This document shows, piece by piece, positions 48,290-56,349 of a DNA stretch of 64,000 bases (positions are counted from its first letter, which is position 1; each line of letters begins with the position of its first letter). The stretch is from Bacteriovoracaceae bacterium. Lineage in GTDB: Bacteria > Bdellovibrionota > Bacteriovoracia > Bacteriovoracales > Bacteriovoracaceae. The stretch lies in assembly GCA_048270185.1 (NCBI GenBank), contig JBLWTJ010000001.1:1248001-1312000 (forward strand), in the 5' to 3' direction. The notes beneath the pieces are model-generated. The model was not told the origin of the DNA. It saw only the letters and a list, made by a program, of their open reading frames with translations, and did no database searches. Position numbers and translations under genes: made by a program.

Positions 48290-49094
48290 GTTTTCTAATC
48301 ATAAATTCAACCTTACGGTTTTCATTATCAATTTCCATCTGACTTCTGCCAGGTAGATCAGTTAAACGAGTATCCCCATAAAAGACAGTTGTGATTTTTT
48401 CAGGTGCAACACCACGGCGAATAATTGATTTCGTTACAGCTGTTGCTCTAGCTGAAGATAACTCAAGGGCATCACTTTTACCATCATTTGATACTTCGCC
48501 ACGGGCAGCGTGACCAATAACAAATAACTTCCAATTTCGCTCTTGTAGTAAATTAATTAGACGTTGATAAGAAGAAACTGCAATTTTTGATTCATCAATA
48601 GCAATTGAGCCACGCTTAAAGTAGATATTATCTTTAAGGCGAACAACAATTCCTTCCGCTTGTTCATAAACAGTTACATTTTCGTTTAGCTTAAATTCTT
48701 TTAAGTCATAACGCATATTTTTAAGTGTTTCTTCAGATCCACGATTAATTTCATGCTTATCAAGAATCCCTTCCATAGTTAAGAATTCAATTGGAAAAGG
48801 TTTAATTGGAGTTTGTGACTCCATCATTGTAGGAAAGTTATCTGGTGACTTACCTTTTTGGATAACTTCACCTTGCTGAAGAACGTTACCGCCAAAGGCA
48901 TTACGAATTGAACCAAGGGCCGCTTCATACTTTGCTGTTTCTGTTTTAGCGAAAGAAAGAAGAAGAACGAAGAATGTTAGAAGTAATGTTACGAGATCGG
49001 AGAATGTCGCCATCCAACCTGGTAAACCAGGGGCACATGGAGGACATTTAGCTTTCCCATCATCAATTGTACCTGCGCTACTATCGTCGGCCAT
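48249..49094 (-). CDS. motB: Flagellar stator B subunit (PomB/MotB)
   Basis: WMATFSDLVTLLLTFFVLL; OmpA-like LSSARA..NRKVEF. Confidence 0.92.
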   Translation of the reverse strand: MADDSSAGTIDDGKAKCPPCAPGLPGWMATFSDLVTLLLTFFVLLLSFAKTETAKYEAALGSIRNAFGGNVLQQGEVIQKGKSPDNFPTMMESQTPIKPFPIEFLTMEGILDKHEINRGSEETLKNMRYDLKEFKLNENVTVYEQAEGIVVRLKDNIYFKRGSIAIDESKIAVSSYQRLINLLQERNWKLFVIGHAARGEVSNDGKSDALELSSARATAVTKSIIRRGVAPEKITTVFYGDTRLTDLPGRSQMEIDNENRKVEFMIRKRDLESNGHKVEAQ

Positions 49095-49152
49095 TTCTTA
49101 CTCCTTGAAGTTTCTTAGTATTTATTCCTTAAATACGCCTTAAATATTTTTA

Positions 49153-49923
49153 TTACTCTTCCCCACCATCATCTTCAGATGATCTTTCACTTGGAGGTAG
49201 GAATGAATTAAGTTTCTCAATAATCATACGTGGGTTCTCACCAGCAACAATTCCTAATGTCCCCGCGATCACGATACTCATGGACATAAGCTCCATTGAA
49301 GATCGATACTCAATTTTATTTTTAAGAGGGTTGGCAAAAACGTTGGCAACAACCGCACCATAGAAAGTCGTAAGAAGGGCAACGGCCATGGCCGGACCAA
49401 TTGCTGACGGATCTGAAAGGTTCTGAAGCATCTGAACTAGACCGATTAGGGTCCCGATCATCCCCATAGCAGGTCCATCGGCAGCAACACCATCAAAAAC
49501 GTCTGCACCAGTTTTGTGACGAGACTCCATTGAATCAATATCCATTTGTAGAATTGCAGCAATAACTTCTGGTGGCCTATTATCTGCAGCAAGTGTCATT
49601 GCTTTCTTCATAAAAGGATCATCAATTTCTGCTTTCTCAAGGGCAAAGACCGACTCACGTCTAGCTAGTTCTGCTAATTCTTTAATCTTATTAATTTTGT
49701 CTTTAGGATCGACTGCTGTGAAGAAAATTGACTTCATGGCAATTGAGACAAGTCCTTTAATAACTTCCATTGGCCAGCGGTATAAGGTAACCCCTACAAG
49801 ACCGAGACCAACGACGAGAACTGAAGGTACATCGATAAAGATCGAAATCGATCCCCCCGACATAATAGAACCTAAGATCCCACCGACTGCTAATACTAAA
49901 CCTATGACTGATGCTATATCCAT
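49153..49923 (-). CDS. motA: Flagellar stator A subunit (PomA/MotA)
   Basis: PAMGMIGTLIGLV, AMAVALLTTFYG, GENP. Confidence 0.93.
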   Translation of the reverse strand: MDIASVIGLVLAVGGILGSIMSGGSISIFIDVPSVLVVGLGLVGVTLYRWPMEVIKGLVSIAMKSIFFTAVDPKDKINKIKELAELARRESVFALEKAEIDDPFMKKAMTLAADNRPPEVIAAILQMDIDSMESRHKTGADVFDGVAADGPAMGMIGTLIGLVQMLQNLSDPSAIGPAMAVALLTTFYGAVVANVFANPLKNKIEYRSSMELMSMSIVIAGTLGIVAGENPRMIIEKLNSFLPPSERSSEDDGGEE

Positions 49924-49960
49924 ACAACATTCCTATTAGAATTTTTTCATTTCATTCTAA

Positions 49961-49988
49961 GTATCGGAAATAAGAATAATGAACTTAA
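49961..49988 (-). promoter_or_regulatory. Sigma28 (FliA) promoter of motAB
   Basis: TTAAG-15 nt-TCCGATAC upstream of a gene class typically driven by FliA. Confidence 0.7.
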
Positions 49989-50078
49989 TAAAAAATTTAG
50001 TAAGTTCTTTAAATTGCATGTTTAGGAAAAAACTACCCTTGAGAACTAAGGAGATAAAAAAATGAACTTAGATATATA

Positions 50079-50110
50079 AATGCCCTTCTAACGGAGTTAA
50101 AAGGGCAAAA
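50079..50110. terminator. Hairpin / probable terminator
   Basis: TGCCCTT(C)TAAC-gga-GTTA(A)AAGGGCA flanked by A-runs. Confidence 0.55.
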
Positions 50111-50157
50111 AGGAGATTATTGAGAAACAAGTCCTATGTTTCCAAATTTTTAACTGA

Positions 50158-50391
50158 CTAATTTACTTTAGAAATTTCGACGCCATTTTCTTCAAAAGTT
50201 GCATCGAGGAACTTAAGCATTTTTGATCTCAATTCATCCATTGAAACGGCCTCATCTACCATCAATTCTTTCTTAATGAAATCTGTTGGTACACCTGAGA
50301 TTTCAACTAAATCATTTAATTGCACCATAACATCCTTGTTGTGAGTATCTTGTTGTTGTGTTGTTGTGTCTGTTGTCTTTGTCATTTCCAT
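50158..50391 (-). CDS. Small hypothetical protein
   Basis: ATG 50391 after AGGAGAGGG; Thr/Gln-rich N-terminus. Confidence 0.55.
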   Translation of the reverse strand: MEMTKTTDTTTQQQDTHNKDVMVQLNDLVEISGVPTDFIKKELMVDEAVSMDELRSKMLKFLDATFEENGVEISKVN

Positions 50392-50522
50392 TGACTTCCC
50401 TCTCCTGTAACAAATTTCAACGATCCATGTCGGAGCAATCCTTTGCTTCACTTTGTCACAAAAAAATCATATCTAGCGCGTTAAATGAATGTCAAAAGTA
50501 ACAAAACAGATGTAAGAATTTA

Positions 50523-51668
50523 TTAGATTTTAACATCCTTAAAGATAACCTTAAGGAAACTGTTAGCTTTATCTAATAATTCAAGATATTCGCTATGCGC
50601 CTCACTGAGTAAAGTGATTCCTCCTCCTGCCCCATATAGAGCTTCCTTAGAAGATTTTGACACACTAAGCGTACGGATATTTATAGACGAGGTCTTCATA
50701 TTTTGAAAATTTAAAACTGTTGAACCAGTGTAAATTCCTCGGGAATTATTCTCAATATTTTTTATAAGTTTTAGTACTCTCTTCTTTGGAGCACCAGTGA
50801 TACTGCCTCCAGGGAAGATGGCCTTGAGAATTTTTGCACTATCGTACTCGTCCATGGCCACACTAATTTGTGAATATTGATGAATCAGGCCCGGTACTCG
50901 AAAGAACTCTCTTTTAGCGTCCACTTGCGAAAAAGAGTCTCCAATTCTTGAAAGATCATTTCTAAGAAGATCGGTAATAATATTTAGCTCACTCTCATTC
51001 TTCTCATCTCCAGTAAAGCTCTCAATACCCTGTTCTTCTCTGACTGTTCCTTTGATAGGTCTTGATATCACACGGCCATTTTTAAAGCAGTACAGACACT
51101 CTGGTGAGTTACTGATAATGAGCTCATCATTTACTTCTAAATTTATGAGATGGGCAAACTCACTGAGGTTTGAAAAAGTCTCTTGGCACAAGAAAGTTTT
51201 CTCAAGTTTATCAAGATCATCGACTTCAAACTTCAAAAGAGAAGTGAGATTTAATTGGTAGCAATTACCATCGAGGAGATTTTCATAAGTCTTTTTAAAT
51301 TTCTCTTCATATTCTTTAAAAGAAATAATACTTAAAGGCTTCGCAGTTGTTTGATCAACATCTTTTAGTGGCTTTATTTCACATGACTCGCTAAAGTCGA
51401 TAAATGTAGCAAGCTCGACTTCCACTTCTTCACTAACTTCTCCCCATTCAAAGAGCATTCCTAATTCATAGTAGAGAACTTGTACTTGCCAGGTATCACT
51501 TAAAATTTCATGAAAGGATTCTTTTGAAAAAGGAAGTGTTATTCCTTTTAGGTAATCATGGATAAATAGATTTGTGACTCGAATATATCGAGAAGGCTTA
51601 CTTAAAGATAAGAAGCCTTCTTCTTTTTTAAAGAAAGCGTATGACTTAATGGCCAGGTCTTGCATCAT
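50523..51668 (-). CDS. pabB: Chorismate-binding enzyme, PabB/TrpE family
   Basis: YQLNL, SPE, RPIKGT, DLLRNDL, FPGGSITGAPK, SINIRT; start uncertain (overlaps dnaB end). Confidence 0.8.
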   Translation of the reverse strand: MMQDLAIKSYAFFKKEEGFLSLSKPSRYIRVTNLFIHDYLKGITLPFSKESFHEILSDTWQVQVLYYELGMLFEWGEVSEEVEVELATFIDFSESCEIKPLKDVDQTTAKPLSIISFKEYEEKFKKTYENLLDGNCYQLNLTSLLKFEVDDLDKLEKTFLCQETFSNLSEFAHLINLEVNDELIISNSPECLYCFKNGRVISRPIKGTVREEQGIESFTGDEKNESELNIITDLLRNDLSRIGDSFSQVDAKREFFRVPGLIHQYSQISVAMDEYDSAKILKAIFPGGSITGAPKKRVLKLIKNIENNSRGIYTGSTVLNFQNMKTSSINIRTLSVSKSSKEALYGAGGGITLLSEAHSEYLELLDKANSFLKVIFKDVKI

Positions 51669-53037
51669 CTTGTGCATAGGCCACATTTTCAAAGCTTGTG
51701 TGAGCACCAACGAAAGTTAATTTTGCTGTACCAACTTCACCACCACGGTTCTTACCTAGAATGATTTCTGCTAGACCTTGATCTTTAGTATCTGGGTTGT
51801 AGTACTCATCACGATAAACGAACATAATAATATCCGCATCCTGCTCGATCGATCCCGATTCACGAAGATCGGAAATCATTGGTCTCTTATTCGGACGAGA
51901 TTCAACGGAACGGTTAAGCTGTGAAAGTGCAATTACAGGACACTCAAGCTCTTTGGCCATATTCTTTAGACCCCTTGAGATTTCAGAAATCTGCTGTTCA
52001 CGAGAAAGGGTCTTATTGTGTGAACTCATAAGCTGAAGGTAATCGATTACAACTAATCCAAGACCTTCTGAAGCCTTAATCTTACGACAAGCCGATTGAA
52101 TATCAAGTAAGCTTGTTCCTGCATTATCGTTAATATAAATTGGTAGGTCTGCTAATTGCTGGATTCCTTGACCAATCTTTCTTAGATCTGTTTCTAAGAA
52201 CTCTTTTGTTCTAATTCTCTTTGAGTCAATCTTCGCTCTTTGGGTAAGAAGACGCATTGAAAGCTCTTTTGCCATCATCTCCAGAGAGAAGAGAGCAACA
52301 GGCATTTTAGTCATCTCACAAACGTTTTGAGCAAAGTTAAGAGCAAGTGCCGTCTTCCCCATGGCAGGACGAGCAGCAAGAATAATAAGTTGACCTGGTT
52401 GCATTCCAAGAACAAGCTTATCAACGGCGCCATATCCAGTAGGTATACCTTGAACTTGACCGGCCTTACGAGATGTATCTTCGATCTCTTTAATATTTTC
52501 TTTTAGACATTCATTTAGTTTAATCATACTTCCTTGTTTGGCTTCATTTGTAAGCCCAAAGAAAGTTGCTTCTACTTCTTGAATAAAGTCTTGAGCATTT
52601 CCTGAAAAAGTTGCACCTTTATCTGCTACTTTACGAGCTTGGCGAACAAGCTCTCTTAGAGAAGCTTTGTCTTTAACAGTCTTTGCATAATGTCTTAAGT
52701 TGGCACTTGATACTTGGTCTTCCGTAATATCAAGAATGAATGATTGACCACCAATTCCCTCAAGTCTATTGTGATCTTGGAGGTGGGAACAAATTGTTAC
52801 GTAGTCGACTGGATTATTAGAATAAACCATGTCTTTAATAGCATCATAAACAATCCCATATTTAGGATCGTAAAAGTCTTTTCCTTCTAACTTTAAGTCA
52901 GAGATTTCATCAAAAGATAAACTATCTAGTAATAGACATGACAGAAGTGATTTTTCTGAAAGAGTATCATTTGGAAGTGCTCGCGCACCTGGATTCATAC
53001 TTTGTTGTTGCTGTTGTTCCATCATATTCGGCCCCAT
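51646..53037 (-). CDS. dnaB: Replicative DNA helicase
   Basis: AARPAMGKT, SLEM, IDYLQL, LSQLNR, DLRESGSIEQDAD. Confidence 0.97.
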   Translation of the reverse strand: MGPNMMEQQQQQSMNPGARALPNDTLSEKSLLSCLLLDSLSFDEISDLKLEGKDFYDPKYGIVYDAIKDMVYSNNPVDYVTICSHLQDHNRLEGIGGQSFILDITEDQVSSANLRHYAKTVKDKASLRELVRQARKVADKGATFSGNAQDFIQEVEATFFGLTNEAKQGSMIKLNECLKENIKEIEDTSRKAGQVQGIPTGYGAVDKLVLGMQPGQLIILAARPAMGKTALALNFAQNVCEMTKMPVALFSLEMMAKELSMRLLTQRAKIDSKRIRTKEFLETDLRKIGQGIQQLADLPIYINDNAGTSLLDIQSACRKIKASEGLGLVVIDYLQLMSSHNKTLSREQQISEISRGLKNMAKELECPVIALSQLNRSVESRPNKRPMISDLRESGSIEQDADIIMFVYRDEYYNPDTKDQGLAEIILGKNRGGEVGTAKLTFVGAHTSFENVAYAQDDARPGH

Positions 53038-53050
53038 AATATGATTTAAT

Positions 53051-53080
53051 AAAAAGAAGAAGGGCCAAATTAATGGCCCC
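53051..53080 (-). terminator. Terminator-like hairpin between rplI and dnaB
   Basis: Minus strand GGGCCA-ttaatt-TGGCCC followed by TTCTTCTTTTT. Confidence 0.65.
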
Positions 53081-53103
53081 TCAATATTTAAGACTTTTAA
53101 GAA

Positions 53104-53715
53104 TTAGCTTCTTAGAATTCTATTGGCTTCCATCTTAAGCTTTTCTTCTTCAGAAAGCTCAGTGTTTTCACCATTTGCAGCAGCTTCTTCTTGTTCTTTT
53201 GCAAGAGCTTCTTTAGCAGCTTTTGCAGCAGCAAGTTCTTCTGCTTTTTTCTTGTTTTCTTCTTCTTGAGCTGGATCCATTTTTACAGATACAGTAAAAG
53301 CAGCTTCAATTCCTGCGAAGATTTTAGCTTTAACAGTGTAGCTACCAACTGAACGAATTGGATCTTCTAGAAGAAGGTGTCTTCTTTCTACATCGTGACC
53401 TAGCTTAGCTAGTTCTTGAGAAAGTTCGTGAGTTGTAACAGAACCAAAAAGTTTACCGTTAGTACCAACTCTTTTGATTAGTTCAAGGTTAACACCATTG
53501 ATTGCTTTAGCAACAGTTTCAGCATCAGCTTTATCACCAGCTACTTTCTTAGCAAGTAGTTTTTCGTAGTGCTTAACTTGAGCTGTATTAGACTCATCTG
53601 CAAGAACAGCTGAACCATTTGGGATTAGGAAGTTTCTTGCATAACCAGCAGAAACATTAACAATTTCCCCTACGTTTCCAAGAGACTTTACAGTTTCTTT
53701 AAGAATAACTTTCAT
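53104..53715 (-). CDS. rplI: 50S ribosomal protein bL9 with charged C-terminal extension
   Basis: MKVIL..LG..G..V.VSAGYARNFLIP; KLFGSVT. Confidence 0.96.
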   Translation of the reverse strand: MKVILKETVKSLGNVGEIVNVSAGYARNFLIPNGSAVLADESNTAQVKHYEKLLAKKVAGDKADAETVAKAINGVNLELIKRVGTNGKLFGSVTTHELSQELAKLGHDVERRHLLLEDPIRSVGSYTVKAKIFAGIEAAFTVSVKMDPAQEEENKKKAEELAAAKAAKEALAKEQEEAAANGENTELSEEEKLKMEANRILRS

Positions 53716-53716
53716 T

Positions 53717-54727
53717 TTATATCTCCTTATTATTTTTAAAAAATCTTCTAAAGTTGACCCAATAATCTAGAAGGCCAACAATCGCAATAAAGCGATGAGC
53801 AAAGAAAATAGTCATAATTGCAAGAATTGAGCGGATAAATCCTGTTACCTTGATGTACTTTAAAAAGTCCAGGTAAACACCCATTCCTTGAAAGAAGTAA
53901 AAAACACCTAAGCAAAGTAGAATATTAAGACCAATGATTTCATAAGTCTCACCACCGATATACTCTCCTCCTAAGAAGAGACCAAGACCGACGATAACAA
54001 TAAATGCAAAGTACTCTGGCACTTGAAAGCGAACAAAGTTCTTTAGTCCATACTTGTAACCGTGGAGCATTTTCCACATTGTTGCATTTCTAAGAAGCAT
54101 AAAAACCGTAAGCCAAAGAATGAAGAATGTTCCAACGAAAATTACAGAGAATCCCCATTGATAAACTTTCGTAATAACCTCTTCTGGTTTATCAAAAATT
54201 TGTTGATAAAGGGCGGCCATTTCACCACCACGAGAGATTAATTCTTTGTACTCAGGTGTACTTTTAAGTTGCGTAAAAGATGATGTTACTAGTTCCGTAA
54301 TCGAGTTTGAGATCGCTGAAGGGAAAATCACTTCAATCGTTCCCATGATTCCGAAAATAACTACGAGTAAATAGAAACCTCTTTTTAGAAGTCCTTTAAC
54401 CGGATCTTCATTCTTCAAAATAGTTGAAGCACTTAAGAATCCAATAATCACGGCATAGAATAAGAATGCCGCAGAATTACCAAGGATTAAGAAAGCTTCA
54501 CCGTACTGAGAACCTAAAAAGGCCAATATAATAATCGTTCCAAAGGCAACAAAAGTTTTTAAGTTTCCGTAAAGCAAGAATGCGAAAGCAGCCGGTAGTG
54601 GTGAAAAAACACCAAGTGGATATGCTACGCTTAGAACCAAACAAATTACACACAGAAAGATTAGCTTCCCAATAGTGAAGTTATCTTTCGAAATTGGTGA
54701 AAATGTATTTGGCTTTTTTTCGTTCAT
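53717..54727 (-). CDS. DUF2232/YybS-family membrane protein
   Basis: Multi-TM; YFFQG and GLLDYWVNFR; position between rpsR and rplI. Confidence 0.8.
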   Translation of the reverse strand: MNEKKPNTFSPISKDNFTIGKLIFLCVICLVLSVAYPLGVFSPLPAAFAFLLYGNLKTFVAFGTIIILAFLGSQYGEAFLILGNSAAFLFYAVIIGFLSASTILKNEDPVKGLLKRGFYLLVVIFGIMGTIEVIFPSAISNSITELVTSSFTQLKSTPEYKELISRGGEMAALYQQIFDKPEEVITKVYQWGFSVIFVGTFFILWLTVFMLLRNATMWKMLHGYKYGLKNFVRFQVPEYFAFIVIVGLGLFLGGEYIGGETYEIIGLNILLCLGVFYFFQGMGVYLDFLKYIKVTGFIRSILAIMTIFFAHRFIAIVGLLDYWVNFRRFFKNNKEI

Positions 54728-54761
54728 TACTTTTACTATTTCCTAAAATTTCATTCACTTC

Positions 54762-55370
54762 TTAGTGAGCGAAATCACCTCTAACATGAGAAACTAGACC
54801 AATATTTCTTGCTCTCTTGATAGCTGTTTGTGCCCATCTGTGGTGCTTAGTCGATACACCAGTTACTCTTGATGGTTGAATCTTACCAAATTCGTTGATT
54901 AGCCAGTTGTAAGTCTTTGGATCTTTCCAATCAGCAGTGATGCTGTTTGCTTTAAACCAACAGTTCTTTCTCTTAGCGAATCTTCTCTTGTCTTTTTCAG
55001 CACCTTTTTCAAGTTCATCAGTTTGTGAACCAGCGTGAGCTTTAGAGAATGGAGTCTTGTAGTTTTTAACAGCAGTTTCAGCGTCAGTATCAAGTTTAAC
55101 GATTAGGTACTTGTGTACGTTTTCGTTAATTTTGAAACGTCTTTGAAGTTCTGTGTTTAGGTCTTTGTTTCCTGAAACGATGAAATAGATGTAGTTACCT
55201 GTTCTAGAACCGTTCTTGGCAGTTTGAGCAAATGTTCTCATTCCCCAATCATCAGTTAGGTGAACTTCACCTTCGTAATTTTTTGCAACTTCAGCTACTA
55301 GGTTTTTAAGGCTAGTTTGTTGCTCTTCAGTTGCGCCCGCGTGAGCTACTAATGCTAACTCATAAATCAT
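54762..55370 (-). CDS. rpsF-rpsR: Fused ribosomal proteins bS6-bS18
   Basis: N-half YEL..DWGMRTFA..GNY..ELQRRFKINENV (bS6); C-half DWKDP..FGKIQPSRVTG..HHR..AIKRARNIGL (bS18); one uninterrupted frame. Confidence 0.9.
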   Translation of the reverse strand: MIYELALVAHAGATEEQQTSLKNLVAEVAKNYEGEVHLTDDWGMRTFAQTAKNGSRTGNYIYFIVSGNKDLNTELQRRFKINENVHKYLIVKLDTDAETAVKNYKTPFSKAHAGSQTDELEKGAEKDKRRFAKRKNCWFKANSITADWKDPKTYNWLINEFGKIQPSRVTGVSTKHHRWAQTAIKRARNIGLVSHVRGDFAH

Positions 55371-55425
55371 ACTTTATCTCCTGGACAATAGTTATTATTG
55401 GCTTCCCCACCATAGGGAAGCGAGT
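55371..55425 (-). promoter_or_regulatory. S6:S18-type ribosomal leader RNA (putative)
   Basis: Minus strand CTC-GCTTCCC..GGGAAGC-CAATA..TATTG-T-CCA-GGAG: hairpins, then CCR just before the SD, which can pair with the 5' CTC. Confidence 0.55.
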
Positions 55426-55484
55426 AAATTAACGGTCAATGTGCGCCTAATCTACCAGTCTTGTGGCTTTGTGTAAAGCCATGG

Positions 55485-55690
55485 AAGGTGCACGCAACTT
55501 TTTCGTGAAATCAATAACTTAAAATGAAACAGGTAAAGAGATATACGTCTTTTCAATAAGTTAAAAAATACTCACGAAGTCTTTGCTCACCCGAAGGACC
55601 AAAATAAGCATAAATAGTGGTAAATATTTACAAATACGCACTCAAGGTCAAGATAAACACCTGAAATCTTGAAAAGGTTGCGTGCACCTT
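55485..55690. repeat. 206-bp element bounded by 20-bp inverted repeats (MITE/REP-like)
   Basis: AAGGTGCACGCAACTTTTTC (55485-55504) and GAAAAGGTTGCGTGCACCTT (55671-55690), 19/20 reverse-complement match. Confidence 0.75.
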
Positions 55691-56291
55691 AGTCGAGCCA
55701 TTCCAGAAGAATATCGATCTTCATATTGATATCGTCGATTTCAAGGATGCCCTGCTTTAAATCAGGAGAAGTTACGACAAATTCAGTGATGGCCCCAATG
55801 AGAACTATGGGATCAGTAGTGGCCTCTATCAGAGCATCATACTCGGCCGGGTTTTTAAAGAATGACTTGGCCCAATGACGAAATACTAATGAAAGTTTTT
55901 GCAGAGAAATCATATGCTCTGGCATAACACTTAAGAATTCAGGAATAGTTTCAATCTCCACCGTATTAAAAGGGCCACCTTCGTTGTAGACACTAACGAT
56001 CTCCCCTTTAGCGATTGGCTCAAGAACAACGAGCATGGTTCCATCTTTTGATTTTTGAAGAATCTCAACTCGACCGAACCCTGTGATACGGCGAACACTC
56101 TTATACTTGTCGTGTTCAATGGCTATCGACTCTTCATTCTCATCAAGATTTGCGTAGGAAAGCGCGACAGGTACGCCAAGCTTTTCTGCTTCATGAATCA
56201 TTTGAATATAGCGTGGCTCGAAAATATTGAGAGGTTTCTTAAGGATTGCTTGGTAGGAAACTTTATGTAATGGAAATAAGAATGCTCTCAT
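55689..56291 (-). CDS. LON peptidase N-terminal (substrate-binding) domain protein
   Basis: LFPL, PLNIFEPRYIQMI, KQGILE. Confidence 0.85.
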   Translation of the reverse strand: MRAFLFPLHKVSYQAILKKPLNIFEPRYIQMIHEAEKLGVPVALSYANLDENEESIAIEHDKYKSVRRITGFGRVEILQKSKDGTMLVVLEPIAKGEIVSVYNEGGPFNTVEIETIPEFLSVMPEHMISLQKLSLVFRHWAKSFFKNPAEYDALIEATTDPIVLIGAITEFVVTSPDLKQGILEIDDINMKIDILLEWLD

Positions 56292-56304
56292 AAGTTTTCC
56301 TCAT

Positions 56305-56323
56305 AAAGGTTCCTGGAACCTTT
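56305..56323. repeat. Perfect palindrome of the AAGGT-N7-ACCTT type
   Basis: AAAGGTTCC-T-GGAACCTTT, abutting a second hairpin TTCGGG..TGCA/TGCA..CCCGAA. Confidence 0.7.
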
Positions 56324-56349
56324 TCGGGATGCATTGCACCCCGAATGGG

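Noticed and set aside
50340..50382. TGT-rich tract here (and the Gln run at the dnaB N-terminus) as a phase-variable repeat
   Set aside because: Short, imperfect, in-frame codon repeats encoding Thr/Gln runs
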